A stretch of DNA of 64,000 nucleotides from Hyaloraphidium curvatum SAG 235-1 (Eukaryota > Fungi > Monoblepharomycota). Within the stretch, counting starts at the first letter, position 1, and every line of letters starts with the position of its first letter. A program made the translations under genes and the position numbers. The DNA is taken from assembly GCA_025558095.1 (NCBI GenBank), contig JAIVFI010000022.1, forward strand, positions 62,001-126,000, written 5' to 3'. Positions 22,286 to 33,710 of the stretch are shown here, piece after piece. The notes under the pieces were generated by a model, which worked only from the letters and a program-made list of their open reading frames with translations, was not told where the DNA came from and searched no databases.

Positions 22286-22369
22286 AAGCGGAGGATCATT
22301 CGACTCCAAAGGCATCGCTTTTTCTTTCGGCCAGGCGCGCTCCTGATCGCCATCCTGCAGCGCAAAGAA

Positions 22370-23283
22370 TTACAGCTCGACGCCGTACATCAGCTTCCCC
22401 AGCTCCCGCCACCGCGGCAGCTGGAACTCGACCTCCCGGTCCACCTTGCCGAACCACCCGTACGCCCAGCCCCACAGGGTGAACACCGTCGCGCACAGCC
22501 CGGCCGCCAATGCAGGCCCCACCACCGAAATGGCATTGGCCGGCGGCACGGGCACGGATTTGCCGTAGCGGGCGCGCAGGGAGGAGAGCGCGTACCGCAT
22601 GCCGTGGACGGCGTGAAGGGCGCCGGGGACGGAGAGGAGGAGGGTGTAGTAGGGAAGGAACCAGACGGGAAGGAAGACGAGGGTCGAGAGGGCGTAGGAG
22701 TAGCCTGACGATGACGGAACCGTAAGGGGAGGCCCTCAACGGCAACGAGTTCCGCCCACTCATGTCTGACGGCGGGTTCAAGAACCGCAGCGCCGCCCCC
22801 CGCGTCGCCACCGCGTGCGCCGGCACGATGAGCGCAAGCAGCCACCCCGAGGTGCGCTGGGCATCCCGGGACCACGTCCACCTGCCGCCGGCCGCGGGTT
22901 CCGAGGCGTCCTGCTGCCCGTTGGGGGACTTGGAGCGGAGGTACGCCTTTCCGGCGCCGGCTGCGATGTGCAGCGCGAGGGAAACGGGGACGAGGAGGGG
23001 TTCCAGGAGCGGGTGCTGGTAGTACACCCTGCGGCGACGCGTCGTCAGCCGGGTCTCCCACGCGGACGCGCCGGAATGCCCACCGCAGAACGTTCATCAC
23101 GCCGTCCGCATCCTTCAGCCACGCGGCAAAGGGAAGGAAGATGTGGCCGGCAAAATGTGCGGCGGCAAAGGTCGAGAAGGCGAGGCCCGACGCGTTCTGC
23201 ATGAGCGAGAGGGTGCGCGCGGCGGAGGCGGACGGCGGCGCGCCGGCACGTTCCGCGGAGGGTTCGGTGCCATTGGAAGCCAT
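22370..23283 (-). CDS. Mcp1-like / DUF1691 multi-pass membrane protein
   Basis: LSLMQNASGLAFSTFAAAHFAGH, YYQHPLLEPLLVPVSLALHIAAG, AQRTSGWLL..HAVATR pattern; two introns (~23029-23083, ~22704-22760). Confidence 0.7.
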
Positions 23284-23764
23284 TTTGAAGAGGAAGCGGT
23301 CGCCGTGGGCGCTTTTGACCGCGCGAGAACGGAAGAGGTTGTTCCGCTCGTTCCGCCCGGGCGGCTTCCGGCCTCGCTGTGCGATCTTCCGTCGAGCGGA
23401 CGCCTGCGCCAAAACACGTCGTCGCGTCCAATCCAAGCCAATGGAACTCCCAGTACATCAGTTGAGTATAAGCTGGTTTTGTCCCGCGATGCTACTGGAT
23501 CCAAACTCCCAACGAAACCTCAACGGGTCCAGTGGTTGGGCGTTGCGCACCCCGGAAATGGCAGCTAGCCTGGACGTATTGACGTACTGCGAGAGTGAAA
23601 TAGTTGCACTTCGTGTACCATGATCGCCCTGTCCCTCCTCCCAGCGCCGGTCCCCCATTCCATTGCTCTACTATCGTCGTCCCGTTGGTGAGTCACCAAC
23701 ACCTTGGCCCGCAGCCGGCACCTCCGACCGATCGAAACTCAGGAGTTCCGCGAGCATCCACGAG

Positions 23765-24413
23765 CTCCTAGGCTTAGGAGCCCCGCAGCTCTTCTTGTGT
23801 TCGGCCCAGTGCGCCTTTTGGCAGTCGCGACCGCCTTAGTGCACCAATCCGCAACCCGAACACCGCTTGAAGCCTTCTTTGTCACCGGAGACGCGGCGAC
23901 AGGAAGCGCATATGTAGGAGCTTTTCACGTCCGCCTCCCTGGTCAACCTCTTGGCTTTCCGGGAGCACGCGGCGCGACGTCCCGACAGTGCACCGTAGCG
24001 CGCAAGACAGCGCCGCGGAAGACCCCTCCGTCCTGCCTCGGTATCTCATCGGACCACTCGATCCGGGTGCCAAGCCCGAAGCTCTCGTCGGTACCGCAAA
24101 CTACGCAGGAGGTCCGTCCGGCGACCACGTCCAGTAGCGCCTCCCTGACGCGCTCAATGTTGGCGGAACAAAGGCGGGCAGCGGCCTCGATGCGCTTTTC
24201 CGTCGTCGAAAAGTCGTCAAAGGCGGGCGCTTCGACGCCCAGCACGAAGCGCGGGCCGACGGTGCCGTCGGCATCGATGACGAGGTCCACCGGGATGCCA
24301 AAGCCGGTGCGGTCCAGCACCTCCGCGTCGAAAGTCGGTATCCCGAGAGCAGCATTTTTGCTCAGAGTGAGACCGGAGGCATCTTCGCCGGCGGCATCTT
24401 GGTGTGGCGACAT
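23765..24413 (-). pseudogene. MYND-finger protein pseudogene (paralog of 30037-30684)
   Basis: N-terminal domain aligns with the 30037 protein (FDAEVLDRTGF, FVLGVEAP, SFGLGTRIEW); stop at 23943 and frameshifts precede the MYND remnant KRCSGCGLVH*..DCQKAHWAEHKKSC. Confidence 0.8.
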
Positions 24414-24647
24414 GGTCGCTCGAAAAGTCGTCGAGGGGTCGAACAACGCGCCTAACTACTTGCGTGCTCGCGACCCAGGTCTTCCACATCCTTCCGGATA
24501 TTTCGCACGGCCCACAAGTTCAATATCGTGCCGTCACACATCTCTCTATACCGATGGGGCATCAAAAAGCAAGTCAAGAATGTACACAATTCAGCGCCGG
24601 GCTCAAAGCTACCCGATCTGTCATGAGATAGAGCAAAAGTGCAAGAG

Positions 24648-25950
24648 CTATGCCGCCAGCTCCTTCCGGGCGAGCTCCCACGCATTGAGCTCGCGCAAGA
24701 AGGAGCGGTCCTCCTCGTCCACCGGGACTGCGGCTACCCGGGTCACCAGGCCTGTCTTGGGGTCGACGGTGACGATGTTGGTGCCGCACGTGTCTGTGAG
24801 GGGGATGGCATGCATCAGGAACCCGCGAGGATGAGCTCGCGCCGCCTGCACGTACGTTTGGCTCCGGCGCCGTCCGGCGTTCCCACGAACTCGTTGGACA
24901 CGCGCACGATGGCGCTGTACGGCGTCAGGGAAATGACCTCGCTCCCCATCTGCGATCGGCGGAGCCCGAGCCCGAACCACTGCTCGAGGCTCCCGCGGAT
25001 GCTCTCCTTGCCGAAGAACACCGAGTTGGGGTCGAGGAATGTCGCTGCGGGCGCATGAGGTTCAATGCCAAGCAAGATCGACGCATGCGCAAACCCTACC
25101 ATCGTCGGCAATCTCGCGCATACATGCGTCGATGTCCTGCGAGCACACCGCGCTAATCAGGCGGCTCATCGCATCTCGGGCCTCGGTGCAGCCTTCGGGC
25201 TCGCCACGGGCCTTGATGAGCGCGGCCACCGTCCGCTCATGTGCAGCCTCCTCGGGGATGTTGTGCATCTGCGGAAGGTGGGAGGGAGGCGGTGAGGTTG
25301 TGCGGGCCGCACCCGTTGAGGTGGTCTTACTCGAAGCATCTGGCAATCGTCGTTGTAGTAGATTAGCGCCGTGCCATGGAACTCTATATAGGTAATGGTG
25401 TAAGAAACAGCAAAGATATTCTTGCCCTCGAAGACTCACCTGGCGGATAGCCGGTAACTGGGTGCGAGTTGAGTAGGAACCGTAGTCGGACCTCGACGAT
25501 GTGCACGCCCTTCCCGGCGCCGTCCAGATACGGGTCGATGCTCTTGACCTCGAGGGTGGGGCGCGTGACCGCCCAGTCGCTCAGAATCCCGTCGTTCTCC
25601 TCCCGGCCGACGAAGGCGCCCTGTTCCGGGGAGCCGTCAAAACCGCGGGGAGAGCGGGCGGCGGCGGCGCTGCCCACCGAGGAACCGATAAAGACGAACG
25701 AGGACTCGTCCGCCACCAAGCGCCAGAACCACTCCGTGTCGGTCGACCCCCCGGCCAGGTGCAGGTTCACGCCGTCGATGAGCGCCAGCGCGCTGTCGAC
25801 CAGGCGGTCCGGCGTCGGGCCGGGCCGTTTCCGGCGGGTCGGCCGGGGAAGGGCGTAGTGAATGGGGGCCTCCTCGAGCCGCTTCGGCTGCGAGCGGGAG
25901 CCGGGGAGCCGGAGCTTGGGGGCCTTCAGGTGCATGTGGATCCACAGCAT
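24648..25950 (-). CDS. Five-exon protein with probable tandem NTF2/SnoaL-like domains
   Basis: ORFs 25384, 25062, 24815 and 24648 splice via four GT-AG introns into ..GYPPEFHGTALIYYNDDCQMLRMHNIPEE..QDIDACMREIADDATFLDPNSVFFGKESIRGSLEQWF..HTCGTNIVTVDPKTGLVTRV; ADDA..DP..G..IR is SnoaL-like. Confidence 0.6.
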
Positions 25951-26367
25951 GGTGGGAGACAGCGCACACGGCGCGGCGAGGGCAGCGGAACGGTACGCGG
26001 GGTTGCTGAGGAAATATACCGGCCGGCTCCGTCGTTTTTTGCCGGTTGGCCGGTCCGGAAGCCCTGGGGATTTAACTCGAAGCTTCGGTCGGGGGGCGAG
26101 TCTTCTCTTTAGAAGGCGGCGGGGATCCGGCCGCCCGAGACTCCCCACCCAGACCGTCGCAAATTCCGCATCCACGCACGAGGCGTCGCATCCGGCGAAT
26201 TTATTGACGGCGATATACTCTCCAGGAATACATAGACATGCGTTGCGGCGCAGGAAGCGCGGGTCGGGGCTGCCCCTCTAAGGAGGTTGCCGCCGATCGG
26301 CCCGACCAACCGCCGCTGCGCCCTAAAGCCCGACCCATGCGGTCGGCCGCCCCGCCCGAAGTCCGAA

Positions 26368-29300
26368 CTACTCGTCCTTGTGGCCGTTCCACACCGGAGG
26401 GATGCTCTTACCGTCCCAGAACTCCACGCGGAACCTGAACCGGGCCGCTCCGGTTTCCCTTCGAGGGGAGACGGGCGAGTGAGGGGACGGCCGGCCACCT
26501 TGCCACCAATCCCACTCACTCTTTCTCGACTGGCCACCACTGCAGGAAGTTGGTACCCCAGAGGTTGTTGTACAGGTTGACCGCCGCACCCCGGTCCATG
26601 CGGGTCGTGCCCGGAGCCAACGGGTATGGGAGCATGCGCGTAGTGCCGACGCTCACCAGGCCCGAGTCGGGGGTGTGGACCCAGATGCCGCCGGGTTGGC
26701 CGAGGCCGTGCCAGGTGTGGTGTATGAACTGCGAGCCGTTGAGGAACACGTCGGCCGGCGAGACGAGGGTGCCGATCTTTTCCACGAGCCAGTCCTCCGC
26801 GGCCGGTTCCGGGGCGGCCAGGAGCTCGGCCACCGCGCCCTGCACCTCGTCCAGGCTCCGCACGCGGGTGCGCCCGCCCAGGGTGGGCCGGAAGACGGTG
26901 GAGATGCCCTCGGGGATCCTGGTGGCCCTCTTGCCGTCCCAGTCGACGGTGACCTCCAGCCGCTGCCGGGCCGGGTCGATCTCGTAGAGCACCGTGAGGT
27001 TGAGCGGCACGCCGTACAGCGGGTCGTTGAGCGACGAGTGGGTGGGGTCCTCCTCCCAGTCGCGCCTGCCCTGCTTGCCGGGGAGCTGGAACGAGAGGTG
27101 CACGGTGAACCGCGGGGTGCGACCGTCCCAGTCGATCGAGTCCACGCGCGGGAGCAGGGCCGTCTTGTGTAGCGACTTGGGCAGCCCGGTCTTGTACAGG
27201 TCGAACTCGGAGATGTAGAGGTAGCTAAGGGAGGGGCGGAACATGGTGAATCGCAGCCCATCCTCCCGCCGCCAAGCACCGACCAATACTCATAGACAAA
27301 GTCCCTGAACTCGGAGTCGTCGTAGAGCCTGTACTCCACTCCTCCGAGCCCCGACTTGCCGCCCTTGACCGCCATCGCCGCGACATCATACCCCCCTTCC
27401 TCGGCCTTGATCGCAAACACGAGGTGCTCCAGCCCGCGGCTCCCCCGGCGGAGCTCCCCGCCCTCCCACTCCCCGCGGTCGAACGCCACCTCCCACATGT
27501 GCGGGCCCACCCATCCCCTGGCCACCTCCCCCGGTGCCAGCTTGCGCAGCGCGCCGCGGGCCTCACCCTGGACCACCAGCGGCGGCGGCACGGGGACCGG
27601 CGTCCCGCGGCCCCAAATGTCGTCGACGATCCGGCGGGCTTCCGCCGCGAGGGAGTGCGAGCCGGCCTCGAGCGCGGCGGCGGCCCATTCGAGGATCATC
27701 TCGCGCTGCTCGGTCCAGGTCGAGGCGAGGTCGCGGAAGTTCTCGTGCACGAAGCGGTGGTGGTTGAACTCGCGCGGGCGCCAGGTCTCGAGGTAGTCTT
27801 CCACGCTGGGTGCGGGGCGGCGCGTCAGCGCGGTCGCAAGGGATCCGGGTGCGCAACGAACCCGAGGAACTCGACCACGCTGCCGCCCCAGGTGTGCTCG
27901 ATCCCCTTGAGCAGCCAGAAGGTGAAGTTGCCGAACGGCCCCTCGATGTCCTTGTCGCACTTTTCGTCGGCCAGGCACGCCTCCCTCAGCCTGTTGACTG
28001 GATGCCGGGGACGGGGTGAGGAGTCCGACCGGGAACGGCGAGACGGTGAGACCCACGCTCGCGGAAGCCCCAGTTCCTGCTCGGATCGCTCCCCCACCCG
28101 TAGACCCACGTGTCCCCCATCTCCCCCTCGAACAGCTCCATCCTCTCTTTGCACTCGGGCTTCTCGAACGCGTCCCAGACCTCCTCCAGGTCCGCCGTGC
28201 GCACGTTGGCGTTGGGGTACGTCTTGCGGATCAGGGCGTAGGTGTCCTGGATGTACTGCAGCGGGTGCGGGCCCGAGTTGTCGTACCACCACTGGAAGAC
28301 GACGCCGGTGCGGCATTTGGAGCCCGAGCCGGGAGGGGAGAGGTGGTGAAGGTGGTAGACCGGGTCGTCCTCCCATCCGTAGCCGCCTATGGGTGACAAG
28401 AAGAAGAGGCGTGCTGTCAGCAAGGCAACAGCTCGCGCCGCGACCACCCACCGTCGTTGTACATAACAATCACCGGCTGCGCCTCGGCCTCCCCCTGCCT
28501 CGGCTTCCCCTTCCACAGGAACGGCCTGTTGTGCGGCACCCCCACCGTTGCGCTGGCCGCGTTGCATCCCAGCGTCATCCCCCTGACCCCGCGCTCGTTC
28601 CACACCGGCACCGTGCCGCTCGAGATCCCCGGCACGTCGCGCTGGCTCACGACCGTCTTCTTGCGGAGCGGCGGGGCGCCGGCGGCGGGGGACGAGGCGA
28701 GGAGGTGGTCGAGCCAGGCGACGAGGTCCAGGCCGGCGCGGGTGAGGGATTCGGAGCCGGATTCGAGCTCGGGGTTGAAGGGGAAAGCGTGGTACGTGAG
28801 GCGGGAGGTGAGCAGCGCGTCCCAAATCTGCAGATGGGGGACATGCGGTCAGCAAACATGTCGCGGACCGATCGAGCCCGGGCAGGACCTTTCGCTGCAT
28901 GGTCTCGTCGGGGCACCGGATTCGCCCGCCGTACTTGAGCCCGATGCCGTCGTCCTCCTTGCCGCCGCCCTCTTGGCCGCACTCCCACAGCAGGCGGATC
29001 AGATACGCGTGCGTGGTGAGGACGTAGGAGTCGTTGCCGCCCGTGACCTGCCGAATGGCCCCGTTCATGTCGATGGCTGGTTGGCGGGGCGGAAGAGGGC
29101 GGCCGTCAGCGAAATGGAAGTCCAGCACCAGCACTGTCGCCTGGCAAACGCACCCTGGGAAAGGAACTCGTTCAGGTATGCGTTGAGGACCGAGACGGCG
29201 TTGGCCGAATGCGAGAAGTGGTTGCGGTCGGCGGTGAACCCAATGTCGAGGTGGAACCCCCAGACCTGGCGGTTCGGCAAAGGGAGCGCGTCGAAGCGGC

Positions 29301-29590
29301 GAGAGAAGGGGGAAATGGCGGGTTGGAATTTCATTCGGGCGGAGCGGAGGTGGGAAGCTGCGAGGTCAGGGACGTTGGGTACAAGCAGCGAAAACACACA
29401 CGATTAGGACTTCGTCGACGTCCGGCACATCCGCGGTGTTGACTGGGCGCGAAAGCGCGGCCTTGACCTTTGCGTGGCGCTCCTGCGCGGTCGGGCGGGC
29501 GGGGCCGCGGACGGGAACCGCGAGCGCGGGCACCAACAACGCCCACAGCGCGAGCGCCGCGAATGCCGCGCGCAGCAAAGACGCCGCCAT
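26368..29590 (-). CDS. Secreted DUF5054 / GH38-like glycoside hydrolase, multi-exon
   Basis: Signal peptide; HLDIGFT, YHAFPFN, SQRDVPG, DNSGP, EMGDTWVYGWGSDP, EHTWG, TWTEQR and NLYNNLWGTNFLQW motifs distributed over ORFs 29366, 28457-region, 27986, 26653, 26516 and 26368. Confidence 0.8.
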
Positions 29591-29687
29591 GTCGGCGGGG
29601 CCGCGGCGGCGGAGCGGGCGGCGGCGGGGCGGAAGGGGGCGACGGAGACAAGGTCTCCAGCTGGACGCGTCGCCGCGGGCCGTGCGG

Positions 29688-29762
29688 AACAACTACTACT
29701 GCGATCGGACCTGCCAGAAAGCTCATTGGAACGATCACAAGAAGATCCGCAGAAGCAAGTAG
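29688..29762 (+). pseudogene. Orphan MYND-finger C-terminal fragment
   Basis: NNYYCDRTCQKAHWNDHKKIRRSK* with no upstream half of the finger. Confidence 0.6.
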
Positions 29763-30036
29763 ACGGTGCTCAGTGTTCGCGTGATGCTGCCATTCGATCA
29801 AACGCGGACTACGGTGCTGCGGAACGACTTGACTAGAATGGTCGAGCGATCGGGATCGTGCCTGCCGGGCGATATCCTCGGCAGGCGTCGGGCGGACAAA
29901 CGGTAAATCATGGGAATCATCTTTTGAATGTACTAGTAGTAGCAAGAAATCTCTGAAATTGCCGCGTGCAGTCGCGCTCTCTTGTGGGACGTGTTCCGCA
30001 CGGCTCCGTGCAACGTGACGCCTTCTTCACGCAACA

Positions 30037-30684
30037 ATGTCGCAAAACTCGGAGCCCGCTGCGGAAGATGCCTCGGTTGTCACTCGGATAATCGGCGTTG
30101 CTGCAAACATGTCCTACTTCGACGCGGACGTCCTGGAGCGCACCGGCTTCGCCATCTTGGTGGAACCCGTCCTCGATGCGCGCGGCACCGTCGGGCGATG
30201 CTTCGTCCTGGGCGCCGAGGCCCCGACCGGCGATCTGTCCACGAAGGACGCGCGCAGCGAAGCCGCGGCACGCGTCTTGTCCGCCAACATGCGGCGCATC
30301 AACGAGGTCATGGACGAGGTTGTCGAACCGGCCGGCTGCGCCATTTGCGGCGCCGACCAAGGCTCCTTCGGACTTAGCACTCGACTTGAGTGGTTCCACG
30401 ATATGCAAGTGCCAGGTGGCAGGTTCTTTCAGGGCGTCTACATGCGTGCCACGGTGGTTTGTCGGAACCTTGATTGCTGCCACACGGCCAAGAGGTTGAC
30501 CAGACTTCCGAAGCCGACCTTGGGCAAGAGGAAGGACTCCTACCTTTGTGCACACTGTGGCCGTGTCTCTGGGGACAAAGCAGCCTTGAAAAAGTGTTCG
30601 GGCTGCGGTTTGGTGGAGTACTGCGATCGCGACTGCCAGAGGGCGGACTGGCCCGAGCACAAGAAGATCTGCGGACACTCTTAG
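30037..30684 (+). CDS. C-terminal MYND zinc-finger protein, intronless
   Basis: CAHC..KKCSGCGLVEYCDRDCQRADWPEHKKIC canonical zf-MYND; extra CAIC..CRNLDC motif upstream. Confidence 0.88.
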   Translation: MSQNSEPAAEDASVVTRIIGVAANMSYFDADVLERTGFAILVEPVLDARGTVGRCFVLGAEAPTGDLSTKDARSEAAARVLSANMRRINEVMDEVVEPAGCAICGADQGSFGLSTRLEWFHDMQVPGGRFFQGVYMRATVVCRNLDCCHTAKRLTRLPKPTLGKRKDSYLCAHCGRVSGDKAALKKCSGCGLVEYCDRDCQRADWPEHKKICGHS

Positions 30685-31077
30685 ACTCTTTTGGACGCTC
30701 ACTATCGCAGTGGTTCGATGGAAGTGCCCTCGGACGAAGGCGACCTCAAGGAAGATGACTTTGCAAACCTGGCGAACACCATCGGGACTCTTCTGGGAGA
30801 CGGACAGCGCTGACAGCAGCCTCGGATGACGGAAACGTGCGGGAAATGTACAAAGCATGGATGCTTTGGCTGTCGCGATAGATAGTCCAGCTCCAGCTCG
30901 TGTTCGGATTGCCCGTCGCCGGATTGGGCTTCGCGCCACCGCTGACTGTACCCGCAACCCTCGCCATCCCCGCGCCCGCCGGCCACCCCACTCCTGTCTC
31001 GTCCCCGCCGCTTCTTCCCCGGACTGTGCTCCCTTCGTCCGAAACCCCTGAGCCGCAGCAAACCCACCACCGGCACC

Positions 31078-32627
31078 ATGTTGCGCGGAGCGCTCAACGC
31101 GCTCGCGTCCCCCTTCGTCCTCCTCTTCAACCTCGCCCATTCCTGGGCCGTCTACCTCTATGCGGCCATTTTCACCCTCGAAATCGGCCCGCCCATCATC
31201 GCCAACCGGCCGTGCGTGCTTCCGTGCGGCGGACGTTTCCGGGGAGAGGAGCTGACGTGGCGCTCCTCCCCGCAGACGGGGCGTCGTCGCCCGCGAGCTC
31301 GAGTCCCGGATGCACAGGATCAAGATGTACCTCATGTACAACCGCGTCGCCGAGTTCCGTGGGTTGCTCGGGCGGCCGCCGGGGCCCCAGTTTGAACGCG
31401 GCCCGCAGTCGACCGCACGCTGGCCTTCCGCAAGTACCTGCACTTCCACTCGGCAAAGGAAGGGAGGATGGCCAACGAGCCCTTTTCGGAGGAGCACGAC
31501 CCGGACAGGAAGCAGATCCGGAAGTTCATCAGGAGGTACAAGATCGGTGGGTTCCGCCTTCCCAGCAAACCGGACATGACCGGGCTGACTTGTCGTCCTC
31601 CCGCAGACGCCTCCGAGTTCGACCGCGAGGATCCCAGGTCGTACCGCAACTTCAACGATTTCTTCTCCCGCTCCCTGAAGCCCGGCTCCCGCGCCCCCAA
31701 AGGCGGCCCCGACCGCGTCGTCTCGGCCGCGGACTCGAAGCTCGTCGTCTTTCCCTCGGCCCGGCTGACGAGGAAGCTCTGGATAAAGAGCCGCGAGTTC
31801 ACCGTGGCGAACCTGATCGGGGCCGCGGTGCGCGGGCCGGACAGAAAGGACGTCGAGTTCGTGGTCGGACGGGAGCGGGGGGAGGACCTGAGGCGCAAGG
31901 CGGGGGATTGGACGGAGGCGGAGGCGAGGGAGGTGGCGGCCAGGTTTGAGGGCGGGGCGTTCGCGAGCTTCAGGCTCAAACTGCCGGTGCGGCGTCTACG
32001 GAGAACTTGTTGGCTTTGCTGAGCAGACTAAACCCATTATTGTCCGCCGCACAGGACTACCACCGCTTCCACGCGCCCCTCGGTGGCGTCGTGCAATCCA
32101 TGCTCACCATTCCCGGCACCGACTACGAGGTCGACCCCTTCGTCACCACGTCGTCTTTCCTCTCAGTGCTCACGGGCAACGAGCGCGTCGTCATCCGCAT
32201 CCTCTGCGACGGCGGGGAAGAGGCCGACACCATGGCCGCCGCGGACGCCCCCGTGATCGCAGCGCCCAAGGCCAAGCAGAGCTTCGAGTACCTCTTCATC
32301 CCGATCGGCGCGCAGGACGTCGGCACCGTGAAGGTCCACCCGCACGTGCGGCCGGGGTACCGCCTCTCCCGCGGCGAGGAGATGGGCATGTTCGCCTTTG
32401 GCGGTTCCAACATTGTCGTCGCGTTCGAGCCCAGGTGCGTCGAGTGGGACGCGGACCTGCTCGCGTGGAGCCGAGGGGAAGGGAAAAGGGTGCTGCGGGC
32501 GGGGAAGCCCGAGTGGGACAGGCTCGAGGGGCAGCCGATCGAGTGCTTCGTGCGGGCGGGGGACGGAATCGGGACGGTGGTGGCGGAACGGGACGGGCCC
32601 GCGCCGGGGAGGCCGAAGGAAGAGTGA
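31078..32627 (+). CDS. Phosphatidylserine decarboxylase family protein (Psd2-type core), multi-exon
   Basis: FNDFFSRSLKPGSR, SAADSKL, FRL..DYHRFHAP and GEEMGMFAFGGSNIV (GS self-cleavage site); introns join ORFs 31078, 31310, 31468 and 32007. Confidence 0.85.
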
Positions 32628-32706
32628 AGGGCGTGCGCGATCCGCTTCATTCTATATGCTGCATTCACAGACGCATCATTAGATTCCTCTTTGTCGAGGT
32701 GGATGA

Positions 32707-33657
32707 TCAATCTTCGGTCACGATCCTCCCCGACACGTCCAGCACTCCTTGCAGCGGCGTGTCCCTCACGACGCCCACATCATACGCGGCACGGAACGCC
32801 CTCACCGCCTCCCCCGCCGTCAGCCCATCCAGCGACTCCATCTCTCCCTCCGCCAGTTCGAACGAAAACACATCCGCGTTGTCCTCCATCCTCTCCCTCC
32901 GCTGGCTCTTCGGCATGAAGACGAACCCGCGTTGCACGCACCACCTCCCGACCACCTGGGCCGGCGTTCGCCCGTGCCGCGCGGCGATGGCGGCGAGGGT
33001 CGGGTCCGAGAGGGATTTTCCCTGCCGCAACGTTCGGTACGATTGGAGCAGGACACCCCGCGAGGCGAAGAACTCCACCGTGCGGCGGCGGTACAACCAC
33101 GGGCTGATCTCGAGCTGGTTGATCGCGGGCGGGATGGTGGCCGCCGCAGCGAGCTCCAGGCAGTCCTCGATGGTGTAGTTCGAAACGCCGAGCGTCCGGA
33201 TAAGGCCAGCCCTGCAGAGCTCCTCCAGCGCCCCGTATGCCGCGACGTGCTTGCCCGGGACAGGCCAGTGGATCAGGCACGCGTCCAGGTACGTCGTCCG
33301 CAGGTCCTTCAGCGTCTTTTCGACCTGCCGCTTGACCGCCTCAGGTCCATCGTAAATCTGGCGCGTCCACACCTTGGATATCAGGTAGAGCTCCTCGCGC
33401 GGCACGCCCGACGCTTCGAGCGCGGCACCGACGTCCGCCTCGTTCTCGTAGAACGCCGCGCAGTCGAATGCGCGGTAGCCAACTGCCAACGCGTCGGGGA
33501 TGACTTCGCGGGCACTCCGCGCGACCGACGCGCCCGTCGCGCTCAGCGCGGGCACAACTCCGACTTTGTAGGTGCCGAACACGAGCAGCGGGTGCCGCCG
33601 GCCGTCGAGCAGCGCCGCGGTCGGCACTTCCGGCGGGGCCATTGGTGCGGCGGTCAT
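32707..33657 (-). CDS. Aldo-keto reductase (2,5-DKG reductase-like)
   Basis: GYRAFDCAAFYENE, ISKVW, LIHWP, GVSNY, PAINQLE, FMPKS motifs; intronless. Confidence 0.92.
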   Translation of the reverse strand: MTAAPMAPPEVPTAALLDGRRHPLLVFGTYKVGVVPALSATGASVARSAREVIPDALAVGYRAFDCAAFYENEADVGAALEASGVPREELYLISKVWTRQIYDGPEAVKRQVEKTLKDLRTTYLDACLIHWPVPGKHVAAYGALEELCRAGLIRTLGVSNYTIEDCLELAAAATIPPAINQLEISPWLYRRRTVEFFASRGVLLQSYRTLRQGKSLSDPTLAAIAARHGRTPAQVVGRWCVQRGFVFMPKSQRRERMEDNADVFSFELAEGEMESLDGLTAGEAVRAFRAAYDVGVVRDTPLQGVLDVSGRIVTED

Positions 33658-33710
33658 CGATCGCCGACAGTCCGCCTTGCCGGTCATCCCGATTACCCGA
33701 AACCAACAAA

